64,000 bases of DNA from an uncultured Gemmatimonadales bacterium (GCA_963823035.1 CAWGKG010000010.1:384001-448000); one strand, 5' to 3'. Shown: positions 50,760 to 60,614, counted from the first letter of the stretch. The notes: generated by a model from the sequence alone, not told the origin. Program-made: numbers and translations.

Positions 50760-52691
50760 TCACACATCGATATGCGCCCCGATCTCCACCACCCGGTCCC
50801 GAGGCAAACCGAAATAGCGGGCCGAGCGGGCCTCATTGCGCGCCATGAATGCGAAGACACGGGCCCGCCACGTCGTCATGGCCGTATCGCCGTCAGGCAG
50901 AAGCACATCTCCCCCCAGGATGTACGTGACGCGGTCCAGATCGAGCCCCAGGTCGAACGCTCGGTCTGCCCGGCCGAGGTCCTCGGGAACGTCCGGCGTC
51001 TCCATGAACCCGTAGTGCGCGACCACCCGCGCGATGTCATCTCGGAGGCGGTCCACCGAGAAGCGATCCTCGTCGCTGACGTAGGGTGCCTTCACCATGC
51101 TCGCGGTGAAGATGACGACCCGATGATGCAACGCATGGTTGTTCCTGAGGTTGTGTCGCATTGAATAGGGAATGCCCCGGGCGTTGCCCGTGAGATAGAC
51201 CACCTGTCCCGGAACGCGTCGATACGTTCCACCCCCGCCGATCTCGCTGAGGAAGTCGGGTATGCTCTGAAGGCGACTGTGGCTCTTCCGCCTTCGGATG
51301 AGGGTGCCCTTACGCCACGTGGTCATGACCAGGAACACCGCTCCCGCTACAACCATCGGAAGCCAGCCGCCGTCAGCGAACTTCCGGATGTTCGCCAGGA
51401 AGAACGCGGTGTCGCCGATGAGAAATGCCGCCGTCAAAGGGATGGCGACCCACAGAGACCACCCGAGCGACTTCCGCATGGCGAAGAAGAAGAGCACGGA
51501 CGTGACCACCATGGTGGTGGCGATGGCGACGCCATAGGCAGCGGCCAGGTTGCCGGAGCGCCGGAAGCCCAGCACCAGGCCCACCGTGGCGACCAGGAGA
51601 ACCCAATTCGCCGAGGGCACGTAGATCCGTCCCCGACGGGCGGCAGACGTGTGGCGCACCTTGAGGAAGGGGAGGTACCCCAGCTTCATGCCCTGCCAGG
51701 TCAGCGAGAACACGCCGGAGATGATGGCCTGGGACGCGATGGTGGTTGCGGCCGCTGCGAGGACGACCATGGGGTACAGGGCCCATCCTGCCACCATCTG
51801 GTAGAACGGGTTCGAGATCCGCCCGGGGTTGCTCAGGATCACGGATCCCTGCCCGAAGTAGTTCAGCAACAACCCTGGAAACGCGACGCTGAACCAGGCC
51901 ATGCGGATGGGCCCCTTGCCGAAGTGCCCCATGTCGGCGTACAGGGCCTCACCTCCGGTGACCACCAGGAACACGACACCCAGGATCGTGAGCCCGGCAA
52001 TACCGTGGCGGGCCAGGAAGGCCAGCCCATGGCGGGGGTCTACAGCGGTGAGGATGAAGGGTTGTTTCACCACGGCCATCAATCCGCTGACGGCGAGCAC
52101 GGTGAACCAGAGGAGCATGATGGGCCCGAAGATCCTGCCGACCCCTCCGGTTCCCATCCGTTGCAGGACGAAGAGGACAACGAGGATCCCGATTGTGAGG
52201 GGCACCACGTAGGGAATGAACGCCGGCGTGGCGACCTCGAGGCCTTCCATGGCGCTGAGCACGGAGATGGCCGGCGTGATCATGCCGTCCCCGTAGAGCA
52301 AGGCCGCGCCGAACAGCCCGATGCCGAGCGCCCAGCGCCGAAGGCGGCCGCTGGACCGTTTTCGCACCAGTTCCATAAGCGCCAGGATCCCTCCCTCCCC
52401 TTCGTTGTCCGCTCGGAGCACGAAGAAGAGGTACTTGATGGAGATCACCAGGATGAGCGACCACGTGATGAGGGAGAGCACGCCCAGCACGTTGCCCCGG
52501 GAGGCTTCCATACCGTAAGGACCGAAAAAGCACTCGCGCATGGCGTACAGAGGGCTGGTGCCGATGTCTCCGAAGACCACGCCCAGGGCGCCCATCGAGA
52601 GGAGTGCCCGACGTCGCCAGACGCCGTTTTGCTCCATCGGCGAGGCAGCCATGCCTCTCTCCGAGGTGTCGTCAACGCGCGCTTCCGCCAC
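50760..52691 (-). CDS. kup: KUP/HAK/KT potassium transporter
   Basis: GVVFGDIGTSPLYA, ADNEGEGG, GDGMITPAISVLSA, TGGEALYADMGHFG, IASQA. Confidence 0.95.
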   Translation of the reverse strand: MAEARVDDTSERGMAASPMEQNGVWRRRALLSMGALGVVFGDIGTSPLYAMRECFFGPYGMEASRGNVLGVLSLITWSLILVISIKYLFFVLRADNEGEGGILALMELVRKRSSGRLRRWALGIGLFGAALLYGDGMITPAISVLSAMEGLEVATPAFIPYVVPLTIGILVVLFVLQRMGTGGVGRIFGPIMLLWFTVLAVSGLMAVVKQPFILTAVDPRHGLAFLARHGIAGLTILGVVFLVVTGGEALYADMGHFGKGPIRMAWFSVAFPGLLLNYFGQGSVILSNPGRISNPFYQMVAGWALYPMVVLAAAATTIASQAIISGVFSLTWQGMKLGYLPFLKVRHTSAARRGRIYVPSANWVLLVATVGLVLGFRRSGNLAAAYGVAIATTMVVTSVLFFFAMRKSLGWSLWVAIPLTAAFLIGDTAFFLANIRKFADGGWLPMVVAGAVFLVMTTWRKGTLIRRRKSHSRLQSIPDFLSEIGGGGTYRRVPGQVVYLTGNARGIPYSMRHNLRNNHALHHRVVIFTASMVKAPYVSDEDRFSVDRLRDDIARVVAHYGFMETPDVPEDLGRADRAFDLGLDLDRVTYILGGDVLLPDGDTAMTTWRARVFAFMARNEARSARYFGLPRDRVVEIGAHIDV

Positions 52692-52899
52692 GGTTCATCC
52701 GCATTCGAGGGACAGGGATCCCCCGACATCACGGAAGTTTCGTGCCGCGGACCCTCGGTTCGCCTGCCCCGGTGTTTCCTCGCTCCCGGCCGCAACCTCA
52801 ACGGCCAACGGCACACGCCAGATGGAGGCATCCGCGGCTCGTGGCCTGAGCGTTTCATTTCCCCCCAGAGTGAAATCCGGGGCCGGTCCTCAGGACGAC

Positions 52900-52992
52900 A
52901 GCGGGCCTTCAACCTACCGCCGCATGGACGTCCAGCAGGCGATCAACCTGCACGTCCATCGGCGCTTCGAGGACGAGCAGATCGACGTCGCG
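52900..52992 (+). pseudogene. C-terminal remnant of an MscS-type mechanosensitive channel gene
   Basis: Y..MDVQQAINLHVHRRFEDEQIDVA resembles the MscS C-terminal pattern Y..YMD.QQ.IN..I..RFE.E.I.FA (family recall, not searched). Confidence 0.55.
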
Positions 52993-53109
52993 ACGCTCGT
53001 CCTGGAAGCCGGAGTGTCCCACGCGCCGAGCGCATTGGAGGTGTCCTCACCCTGGGCGCACACCGGGCTCCCGATCTCCCCGGGCGGATCTGCGGAGCGG
53101 ATGCGATCC

Positions 53110-53125
53110 AGGCACAGTGTTTGCG
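53110..53125 (+). promoter_or_regulatory. Sigma54 promoter for the ACIII-oxidase operon
   Basis: AGGCACAGTGTTTGCG. Confidence 0.7.
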
Positions 53126-53151
53126 TGGCGAAGACCAGCGTTCGTCGGGAC

Positions 53152-53853
53152 ATGCCCGCGGGGACACGCCCGCAGGCCTCTTGCGCTCCCTCCCGACCCT
53201 ATCCGCCAACAGGAGGATCGGCCACGCTTTTTCGTCCCGGCGCCAACCGCGTGTTCCGCGGCGTCCTCATCACGCTCGTCCTGCTCGCAGTGGCGACCCC
53301 ACTCGCCCTCATGGCTTGGGTGCGAACGCCCGCGCAGACCGGCGTATCGCGGTCGGTGGAGCAGCCGATCCCCTTCGACCACCGGCACCACGTCCGGGAC
53401 GATGGCATCGACTGCCGCTACTGCCACTGGACCGCAGAGCGTTCTCCCTCCGCCGGCCTGCCGGCATCCAGCCTGTGCATGAATTGCCATGCGCAGGTGC
53501 TCGTCGACAGTCCGCTCCTGGAGCCTGTACGCACCAGCGTAGCGGAACGGCGGCCGATCCCCTGGATGCGCGTCCACCGCCTCCCCGACTTCGTCTACTT
53601 CGACCACAGCGCCCACGTCGATCACGGGGTCGGCTGTGAGACGTGTCACGGCCGCGTGGACCTGATGCCGCAGGTACGTCAGGTGAAGCCGCTGAGCATG
53701 GGGTGGTGCCTCGAGTGCCACCGCAACCCGTCGCCCCTTCTGCGTCCCCTCGATCAGGTCACCACCATGGGATATCGGGCCTCGGCGCCCGACTCGGCCC
53801 GCTCCCCGTACCTGCGTGCCGCGCCCACCAACTGCACCACGTGCCACCGATGA
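53152..53853 (+). CDS. actA: Alternative complex III pentaheme cytochrome c (start uncertain; homology begins ~53221)
   Basis: TM then EQPIPFDHRHH; CRYCH, CMNCH, CETCH, CLECH, CTTCH; LPDFVYFDHSAHV. Confidence 0.9.
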   Translation: MPAGTRPQASCAPSRPYPPTGGSATLFRPGANRVFRGVLITLVLLAVATPLALMAWVRTPAQTGVSRSVEQPIPFDHRHHVRDDGIDCRYCHWTAERSPSAGLPASSLCMNCHAQVLVDSPLLEPVRTSVAERRPIPWMRVHRLPDFVYFDHSAHVDHGVGCETCHGRVDLMPQVRQVKPLSMGWCLECHRNPSPLLRPLDQVTTMGYRASAPDSARSPYLRAAPTNCTTCHR

Positions 53854-56762
53854 CGACCCAGCCCCCACGACCCGGCCGTGGACGGGCGCTACCCATCCTC
53901 GACGGTGGGATCAGCCGGCGCTTCTTCGTGAAGACGCTCGGCGCTGCCGTGGCGGCGGCCGGTCTCGACGGATGCTGGCAGCCTCCGGAGGAGCGGATCA
54001 TGCCGTATGCGGTCCAGCCTCCCGAGGTCGTGCCCGGCAATCCGCTCTCGTACGCCACGGCGTCCCTGGTCGACGGCTACGCCACGGGCCTGCTCGTGCA
54101 GACGCGCGAAGGCCGGCCCATCAAGATCGAGGGCAACCCGTCGCACCCCGCGAGCCTGGGTGCCACCGGTGTCTTCGAGCAGGCGCTGTTGATGGAGCTC
54201 TACGACGCTGACCGTCTGGGGGGGATCACGGGACCGACGGGCCCCACCACCTTCAACGCGGCGCTCGGGCGCGTCCTGCCCGAAGGGGACGGCCACGGGC
54301 TGGCCCTCCTGCTCGAGCCGACGTCGTCTCCCCTCCGCGCCCGGCTTCTGCAGCGGGTCGAGGCGCGGTGGCCGGGCGCGCGGGTCCGCTTCCACACCGC
54401 CATCAGCCCCTCCCCGAGCTTGCGCGCCTTCCAGCGTGCGGTCGGCCGCCCGCTGGTGGCTCGGTACGACCTGTCCCGCGCGCGCACGGTCGTTTCCATG
54501 GACGCGGATTTCGCCTCCTCGGTCATGCCTGGGCACCTGGTCCTCGCACGGGGCTTCGCCTCCCGCCGAGCCCCGGACCCACCCGGGCGCGGAAGCATGT
54601 CCCGGCTGTACGTCGCCGAGCCGACGCCCTCGATGGTCACACCCGTGGCCGATCACGTGCTACCCGTCCGAGCGGGGGACGTCGTCCACCTGCTCAGGGC
54701 GCTCGTGTGGGCGCTGGGTGGAGAGGCGCCGCAACCCGATCCTCCGCCGGCCCGCCTGGACGCGGCGCGCGTCCGGGCTTGGGTCGACGCGGCCGCGGCC
54801 GATCTCCTGCGGAGCGGGAGCGAGGGGCTGGTGATGGTGGGCGAGAGCCAGCCACCTGCGGCGCACCTGTTGGCCTACCAGGCAAATCGCCGCATCGGAG
54901 CGCTGGGGACCACGGTCGTCCTGCAGGCGCCCGCACTGGAGCGAGCCGACGAGATCGAGGGAGGACTCGCGCGGCTGACCGCGGAGATCAAGTCCGGTGA
55001 GGTGGACCGCATGCTCGTCCTGGGGGGCGACCCGGTCTACACGGCGCCGTCCGACGTTGCGTTCGGGGACGCCCTCGCCGGCCTCGACCGGACCCTCTAC
55101 CTGGGCTTGAGGGAGAACGCCACCGCTCGCCGGACCGCGTTCCAGGTGCCCGAGCGACACCTCTTCGAAAGCTGGGGAGACGCCCGGGCGTACGACGGAA
55201 CCCTCACACCGATCCAGCCCCTGGTGCGTCCCCTGCTCGACGGCGCGCACAGCGTCGATGGCCTGCTCCTGCGGCTTCTCGGGGAGGAGGCCCCGTCGGT
55301 GCACACCGCCTTGCGCACGCACTGGCGGGCGAAGGGTCTCGGGCCTTCGTCGTTCGACGAGGCATGGGACCAGTGGTGGGAGGCGGTCCTGAGCGCCGGC
55401 TTCGTGAAGGGGACCGCTTACCAGGCCGTCCCGCCGCCGGAGATCGATCCCCGGGCGCTCAACCACGTCGACGCGTCGCCGCCCGGAGCCGTCGAGATCG
55501 CCTTCCGTCCGGATCCGTGCCTCTGGGACGGCCGCTTCGCATCCAATCCGTGGTTGCAGGAGCTCCCGGACCCGACCACCAAGCTTTCCTGGTGCAACGG
55601 GGCTCTGGTCTCCCCGGCGCTGGCCTCGGCCCTGGGCGTCGGACTCGGTGACCCGCTGGAGGTCCGGGTCGGGGACGTGATGGTGGAGGCGCCGGCGATT
55701 CCCGTTCCCGGGCACGTCGACGGCGCGGTCACGCTCACCCTCGGACACGGTCAGGAGCCGGCGCCCACCCGCTACGAAGCGCTGGGCGTGAACGCCTACC
55801 GGCTCCGTCGGTCGACAGCGCCCTGGTTCGCGCCGGGCACGGTCGCATCGGCTGGGGGCGAACGGTGGGACCTTCCGCTGGCCCAGGAGGAGCAGCGGAT
55901 GCACGACCGTCCCATCGTGCTCCGGCAGACGGAGGAGGGCTACAGCGGGGACCCGGACTTCACCCGGGACCAACGCGGGGAGCAGCCCACCTGGTACGGC
56001 GAGCAGGATCTGCCCGTGGCGAAGAACCAATGGGGGATGAGCATCGACCTCTCCATCTGCACGGGGTGCAGCGCGTGCATGGTCGCCTGCCGAGCGGAGA
56101 ACAACGTTCCCATCGTCGGCCCGGAGGGCGTCCGCAAGGGCAGGATCATGGACTGGATCCGCCTGGACGCCTACACCACCGGTCCGTTGGAAGCGCCCGA
56201 CGAGCACCTGCGTCAACCGATGCTCTGCCAGCACTGCGAGGACGCGCCGTGCGAGTACGTCTGCCCGGTCTACGCCACGGTGCACTCCGACGACGGTCTC
56301 AACGAGATGGTCTACAACCGCTGCGTCGGGACGCGCTTCTGCTCGAACAACTGCCCCTACAAGGTGCGGCGCTTCAACTGGCTGGCCTACAACGAGCGTC
56401 GCCGACCCCGCGAGGAGCTCGTGCTGAATCCCGACGTGACCGTGCGCGACCGGGGCGTCATGGAGAAGTGCTCCTACTGCGTCCAGCGCATCCGGCGCGC
56501 CGGCATCCAGGCCCGGAACGAGGGTCGGGACATCGCGCCCAACGAAGTCGTGACCGCGTGTCAGCAGGCCTGCCCGACGCGCGCCATCGTCTTTGGAGAC
56601 ATCGCCGCCCCGGACAGCGACGTGTCGAAGCTGCGGAGCAGTCCCCGGCGTTACGACGTCCTGCACGAACTCGGGACCCGGCCGCGCACACAGTACCTCG
56701 CCCACATCCGGAACCCCAACCCCGATCTCGCCGGCGCGTCCGCCGAGGAGGGTGACGCGTGA
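53850..56762 (+). CDS. actB: ACIII subunit B (molybdopterin oxidoreductase-like fold plus Fe-S domain)
   Basis: SRRFF Tat signal; EGRPIKIEGNPSHP; CTGCSACMVAC, CQHCEDAPCEYVCP, RCVGTRFCSNNCPY, EKCSYC, ACQQACP. Confidence 0.93.
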   Translation: MTTQPPRPGRGRALPILDGGISRRFFVKTLGAAVAAAGLDGCWQPPEERIMPYAVQPPEVVPGNPLSYATASLVDGYATGLLVQTREGRPIKIEGNPSHPASLGATGVFEQALLMELYDADRLGGITGPTGPTTFNAALGRVLPEGDGHGLALLLEPTSSPLRARLLQRVEARWPGARVRFHTAISPSPSLRAFQRAVGRPLVARYDLSRARTVVSMDADFASSVMPGHLVLARGFASRRAPDPPGRGSMSRLYVAEPTPSMVTPVADHVLPVRAGDVVHLLRALVWALGGEAPQPDPPPARLDAARVRAWVDAAAADLLRSGSEGLVMVGESQPPAAHLLAYQANRRIGALGTTVVLQAPALERADEIEGGLARLTAEIKSGEVDRMLVLGGDPVYTAPSDVAFGDALAGLDRTLYLGLRENATARRTAFQVPERHLFESWGDARAYDGTLTPIQPLVRPLLDGAHSVDGLLLRLLGEEAPSVHTALRTHWRAKGLGPSSFDEAWDQWWEAVLSAGFVKGTAYQAVPPPEIDPRALNHVDASPPGAVEIAFRPDPCLWDGRFASNPWLQELPDPTTKLSWCNGALVSPALASALGVGLGDPLEVRVGDVMVEAPAIPVPGHVDGAVTLTLGHGQEPAPTRYEALGVNAYRLRRSTAPWFAPGTVASAGGERWDLPLAQEEQRMHDRPIVLRQTEEGYSGDPDFTRDQRGEQPTWYGEQDLPVAKNQWGMSIDLSICTGCSACMVACRAENNVPIVGPEGVRKGRIMDWIRLDAYTTGPLEAPDEHLRQPMLCQHCEDAPCEYVCPVYATVHSDDGLNEMVYNRCVGTRFCSNNCPYKVRRFNWLAYNERRRPREELVLNPDVTVRDRGVMEKCSYCVQRIRRAGIQARNEGRDIAPNEVVTACQQACPTRAIVFGDIAAPDSDVSKLRSSPRRYDVLHELGTRPRTQYLAHIRNPNPDLAGASAEEGDA

Positions 56763-58150
56763 GTCCGGCCGTGGCCACGGCGAACCGCGGCGCACTGGTG
56801 GACCGCGACGCGGAGGACCTGCTCGGCCATCCCGGCGACCGCGAGCTCACGGACCAGATCCTCGCGCCGCTGTGGACGACGCCGCGGGCCTGGTACTGGC
56901 TCGTGGGTTTCACCGGGCTCGGGGCGATCGGCTTCGTCGGCCTGATCCTCTACACCTTCATCCAGGGCATCGGTGTCTGGGGCAACAACATCCCGGTCGC
57001 CTGGGCCTTCGCGATCATCAACTTCGTGTGGTGGATCGGACTCGGGCACGCGGGCACGTTCATCTCCGCGATCCTGCTCCTGGTGGAGCAGCAGTGGCGG
57101 GGGAGTGTGAACCGGATCGCCGAGGCGATGACGCTTTTCGCCATCATGATGGCGGGCACCTTCCCGGTGCTCCACCTCGGCCGCCCGTGGTTCGCGTACT
57201 GGCTGATCCCGTATCCCGCGACCATGCGGGTGTGGCCACAGTTCCGCAGCACGCTCCCCTGGGACGTCGCCGCCATCACCACGTACGGCCTGATCTCGCT
57301 CTGGTTCTGGTACCTCGGCATGGTGCCCGACATGGCCGCCGCCCGCGATCGCGCACCCACCCGCTTCAAGGCCCGGCTGTATGCGATCGGTGCCCTGGGG
57401 TGGACGGGGTCGGCGCGCGACTGGGGCCGTTACCGGATCGCATACGGGATGCTCGGCGCGATGGCGACGCCGCTGGTGATCTCGGTGCACTCGATCGTCA
57501 GCATGGACTTCGCGATCGCCCAGGTCCCGGGATGGCACCAGACGTTCTACCCGCCCTACTTCGTCGTGGGCGCGATCTTCTCGGGCTTCGCCCTGGTGCT
57601 GATGCTCATCGTGCCGATCCGGAAGCTCTTCGGGTGGGAGCACATCATCACCGAGCGGCACCTCGACGTGAACGCGAAGGTGCTGCTCACCACGGGATGG
57701 CTCCTGCTGTACGCGTACTGCATCGAGGTCTTCCTCTCGTGGTACAGCGCCGATCGATACGACCGGTATCTCGACCTCGTGCAGCACCCGTTCGGACCGT
57801 ACGCCTGGGTCTACTGGTCGCTACTCTTCCTGAACTTCGTGCCCCTCCAGCTCATGTGGTTCCGCCGCTTCCGCCGGAGCGGGCGGGCCTGTCTCGGCGT
57901 CGGGGTCTCCGTGTTCGTCGGGATGTGGGTAGAGCGGTTCATCATCATCGTGACGTCGTTGGAGCGGGACTACCTGCCGTCCAGTTGGCACTTCTACAAG
58001 CCCACCTGGGTGGATGCGGGCATCCTCAGCGGGTCGCTCGTGACGTTCTGCTTCCTCTTCCTGCTGTTCCTGAAGTGGGCGCCCGCGATCCCGATCAGCG
58101 AGATCAAGAAGATCGCCCATCGCAAGGAAGCCTCGGAGGGCTCCGCGTGA
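56759..58150 (+). CDS. actC: ACIII quinol-binding subunit C (NrfD/PsrC family)
   Basis: INFVWWIGLGHAGTFISA, RIAEAMT, HLGRPW, SVHSIVSMDFA, PPYFVVGAIFSG. Confidence 0.93.
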   Translation: MSPAVATANRGALVDRDAEDLLGHPGDRELTDQILAPLWTTPRAWYWLVGFTGLGAIGFVGLILYTFIQGIGVWGNNIPVAWAFAIINFVWWIGLGHAGTFISAILLLVEQQWRGSVNRIAEAMTLFAIMMAGTFPVLHLGRPWFAYWLIPYPATMRVWPQFRSTLPWDVAAITTYGLISLWFWYLGMVPDMAAARDRAPTRFKARLYAIGALGWTGSARDWGRYRIAYGMLGAMATPLVISVHSIVSMDFAIAQVPGWHQTFYPPYFVVGAIFSGFALVLMLIVPIRKLFGWEHIITERHLDVNAKVLLTTGWLLLYAYCIEVFLSWYSADRYDRYLDLVQHPFGPYAWVYWSLLFLNFVPLQLMWFRRFRRSGRACLGVGVSVFVGMWVERFIIIVTSLERDYLPSSWHFYKPTWVDAGILSGSLVTFCFLFLLFLKWAPAIPISEIKKIAHRKEASEGSA

Positions 58151-58776
58151 GCGTCGTCCGCCGGGTCCTGCGACGGCTCCACGCGCTCCTCGTCGGAGGA
58201 AGGCGCGCCGACCGGATCGGCGTGGTGGCCGAGTTCGCCGACCCCGACGCTCTGCTGGCCGCTGTCGGGGATATGCGGGAGCGCGGGTTCACGTTCATGG
58301 ACGCATACGTGCCCTGTCCGGTGGAGGGCCTCGAGGAGGCGCTCGCCCTCGAGCGGAGCCGCATTCCCTGGCTGATCGGGATCTTCGCCTTCGCGGGCGC
58401 GGCACTCGCATACCTGCTGCTCTGGTGGATCAACGTGGTCGACTTCCCCCGGAATGTCGGGGGCCGGCCGCTGCACTCCGCGCCTTCGTTCATTCCCATC
58501 ACGTTCGAGACGGCCATCATCGCCGGCGGCACGACCGCGTTCTTCGGCTTCTTCTTCGCGGGGGGAATGCCCCGGCTCTGGGATCCGGTCTTCGAGGTCG
58601 AGGGCTTCGAGAGCGCGTCGGTGGACGGGTACTGGCTGGGCGTGGACCGCCGGGACGCTCGGTTCGACGTGCCCGCGGTGCGGCGGGCCTTCGAGGAACT
58701 CGGAGCCGGTCGGGTGGCCGTCCTCGACCCCGACGGCCACCCCGTCCACCCCGACGGCCTGGAGGAGGCCCCGTGA
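58147..58776 (+). CDS. actD: ACIII subunit D (DUF3341)
   Basis: GVVAEF, DAYVPCPVEG, NVGGRP..SFIPITFE. Confidence 0.88.
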   Translation: MSVVRRVLRRLHALLVGGRRADRIGVVAEFADPDALLAAVGDMRERGFTFMDAYVPCPVEGLEEALALERSRIPWLIGIFAFAGAALAYLLLWWINVVDFPRNVGGRPLHSAPSFIPITFETAIIAGGTTAFFGFFFAGGMPRLWDPVFEVEGFESASVDGYWLGVDRRDARFDVPAVRRAFEELGAGRVAVLDPDGHPVHPDGLEEAP

Positions 58777-59405
58777 GCCGGGCGCGCCGCGTGGCCCGGG
58801 CCGTCACCGTCCTCTCTCTCTGCGCGACGCTCCAGGCGTGCAAGTCCAACGGGGTGAAGGGCGGCCTGAACTTCGAACGGATGGTCACTCAGGCGAAGGG
58901 GGACGCCTACGAGTCGACGACGCTCTTCCCGGACTCCACGCTCATGCGCATGCCGCCGGAAGGCACCATCCCTCGGCGACGGCACGACACCGATCCCACG
59001 GAGGATTCGGGGCGGCGCGACGGGGAGTGGGTGGAACGGGTCCCCATGGGGTATTCGCGCGCCCTGCTGGCCCGCGGAAAGGACCGCTTCGGCGTCTACT
59101 GCTCGCCCTGCCACGGCTTCGATGGCTTCGCGTCGACACCCATCGCCGCGGCCATGGAACTCCGGCGTCCGCCGGCCCTGATCACGCCGAGCATCGAGGC
59201 CCTGTCGGACGGGCGGATCTACGGGGTCATCACCAGCGGCTACGGACTCATGCCCAGCTACCGCGACCCGCTCCCCGAACACGACCGCTGGGCGGTGGTC
59301 GCGTACCTGCGCGCCCTCCAGCTCCGACAGCACGTCGTGCTCGACAGCCTGCCGTCGACGGAGCGCGCCCGGGTGCTGCGCGCCCTTGTCGGACGGGGAG
59401 GGTAG
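58773..59405 (+). CDS. actE: ACIII monoheme cytochrome c lipoprotein E
   Basis: Lipobox LQAC; PPEGTIPR; RF.VYCSPCHG; GYGLMPSY; DRWAVVAYLRALQ. Confidence 0.88.
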   Translation: MSRARRVARAVTVLSLCATLQACKSNGVKGGLNFERMVTQAKGDAYESTTLFPDSTLMRMPPEGTIPRRRHDTDPTEDSGRRDGEWVERVPMGYSRALLARGKDRFGVYCSPCHGFDGFASTPIAAAMELRRPPALITPSIEALSDGRIYGVITSGYGLMPSYRDPLPEHDRWAVVAYLRALQLRQHVVLDSLPSTERARVLRALVGRGG

Positions 59406-59408
59406 GCC

Positions 59409-60614
59409 GTGAGCACGTCCCGCCGCACCGAGCCCGTCCACTCGGAATCGCTCGCTGTCCGAAGCGCCCTCGTCGGCGCCATCGGCCTCGCGCTGTGGGG
59501 CGTTGGTCTGCTCACCGACCCGTACGCCGCGCTGCGCGGTTGGCTCACGGCGTGGGAGTACGGCTTGAGCGTAGCGCTCGGCGCGCTGTGCCTGATCATG
59601 ATCGCGTACGTCACCGGGGGGCGTTGGTTCGTGGTGGTGCGTCGGGTTGCCGAGGCGATCGCGATGAGCCTACCCGCCCTCGCGCTCGGGGTCGTGCCGA
59701 TCCTGCTCGGCATGAAGACCCTGTACCCATGGGCCCGTCCGCTCGACACGCTGACGCCCGACGTGCGCGACACGGTCGGCAAGATCTCGGCCTGGCTGAA
59801 CCCCACCTTCTTCACCCTTCGGGCCTTCGTCTACCTCGTGGTGTGGATGGGGTTGGCGGCCCTGCTGTGGCGGGCCTCCGTGGCCACCGACGGCCGGGAC
59901 CCGGAAGAGACCGCCCGCGAACCCCGACCCGGAAGCCCCGCGGGGGTCAGCGCGCTCGGGCTCGTGCTCTTCGCGTTCACCGTCACCTTCGCGTCGTTCG
60001 ACTGGTTGATGTCGATGACGCCGACGTGGCACTCCACGGTCTTCGGCGTCTACTGGTTCGCCGGTGCGATGATCGCGGCGCTGTCCGTGATGGTCCTGCT
60101 CACCTACCTGCTCCAGACGTCCGGTGCGCTCCGTGACGAGGTCGCGGCGTCCCACTACTACGCCCTCGGCCGACTCCTGCTGACGTTCGTCGTCTTCTGG
60201 GCCTACATCGCCTACTCCCAGGGCTTCCTGATCTGGATCGGGGACATCCCCCGGGAGACCCATTGGTACCTGGCCCGCTGGGGAGGGGGCTGGAAGTGGG
60301 TGCTCGGCATCCTCGTGGTGGGCCAGTTCGCGCTCCCGTTCCTCGTCCTGCTCAACTACGCCATCAAGCGCCGGCCGCGACTGCTCTCGTGGGTCGCAGT
60401 CTGGCTGCTCGTCGTCCACGGCTTCGACCTGTACTGGGTCGTGGGGCCCGCACCGGATGGATCCAGCGTCCTGGTGGCCTGGGAGCAGGTGCCGGCCCTC
60501 GTCGCGGTGCTCGGCCTCGGCTTCGCGTTCGGCGCCTGGCGCCTCGACGGAAGGCCCGCGGCGCCCCGTGGCGACCCCGCGTACCCCAAGTCCCTCGGCT
60601 ACGACGCCAAATGA
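59409..60614 (+). CDS. actF: ACIII membrane subunit F
   Basis: RRVAE, LYPW, WLNPTFF, DWLMS..WHSTVFG, LGRLL..FWAY..SQ..LIW. Confidence 0.88.
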   Translation: MSTSRRTEPVHSESLAVRSALVGAIGLALWGVGLLTDPYAALRGWLTAWEYGLSVALGALCLIMIAYVTGGRWFVVVRRVAEAIAMSLPALALGVVPILLGMKTLYPWARPLDTLTPDVRDTVGKISAWLNPTFFTLRAFVYLVVWMGLAALLWRASVATDGRDPEETAREPRPGSPAGVSALGLVLFAFTVTFASFDWLMSMTPTWHSTVFGVYWFAGAMIAALSVMVLLTYLLQTSGALRDEVAASHYYALGRLLLTFVVFWAYIAYSQGFLIWIGDIPRETHWYLARWGGGWKWVLGILVVGQFALPFLVLLNYAIKRRPRLLSWVAVWLLVVHGFDLYWVVGPAPDGSSVLVAWEQVPALVAVLGLGFAFGAWRLDGRPAAPRGDPAYPKSLGYDAK

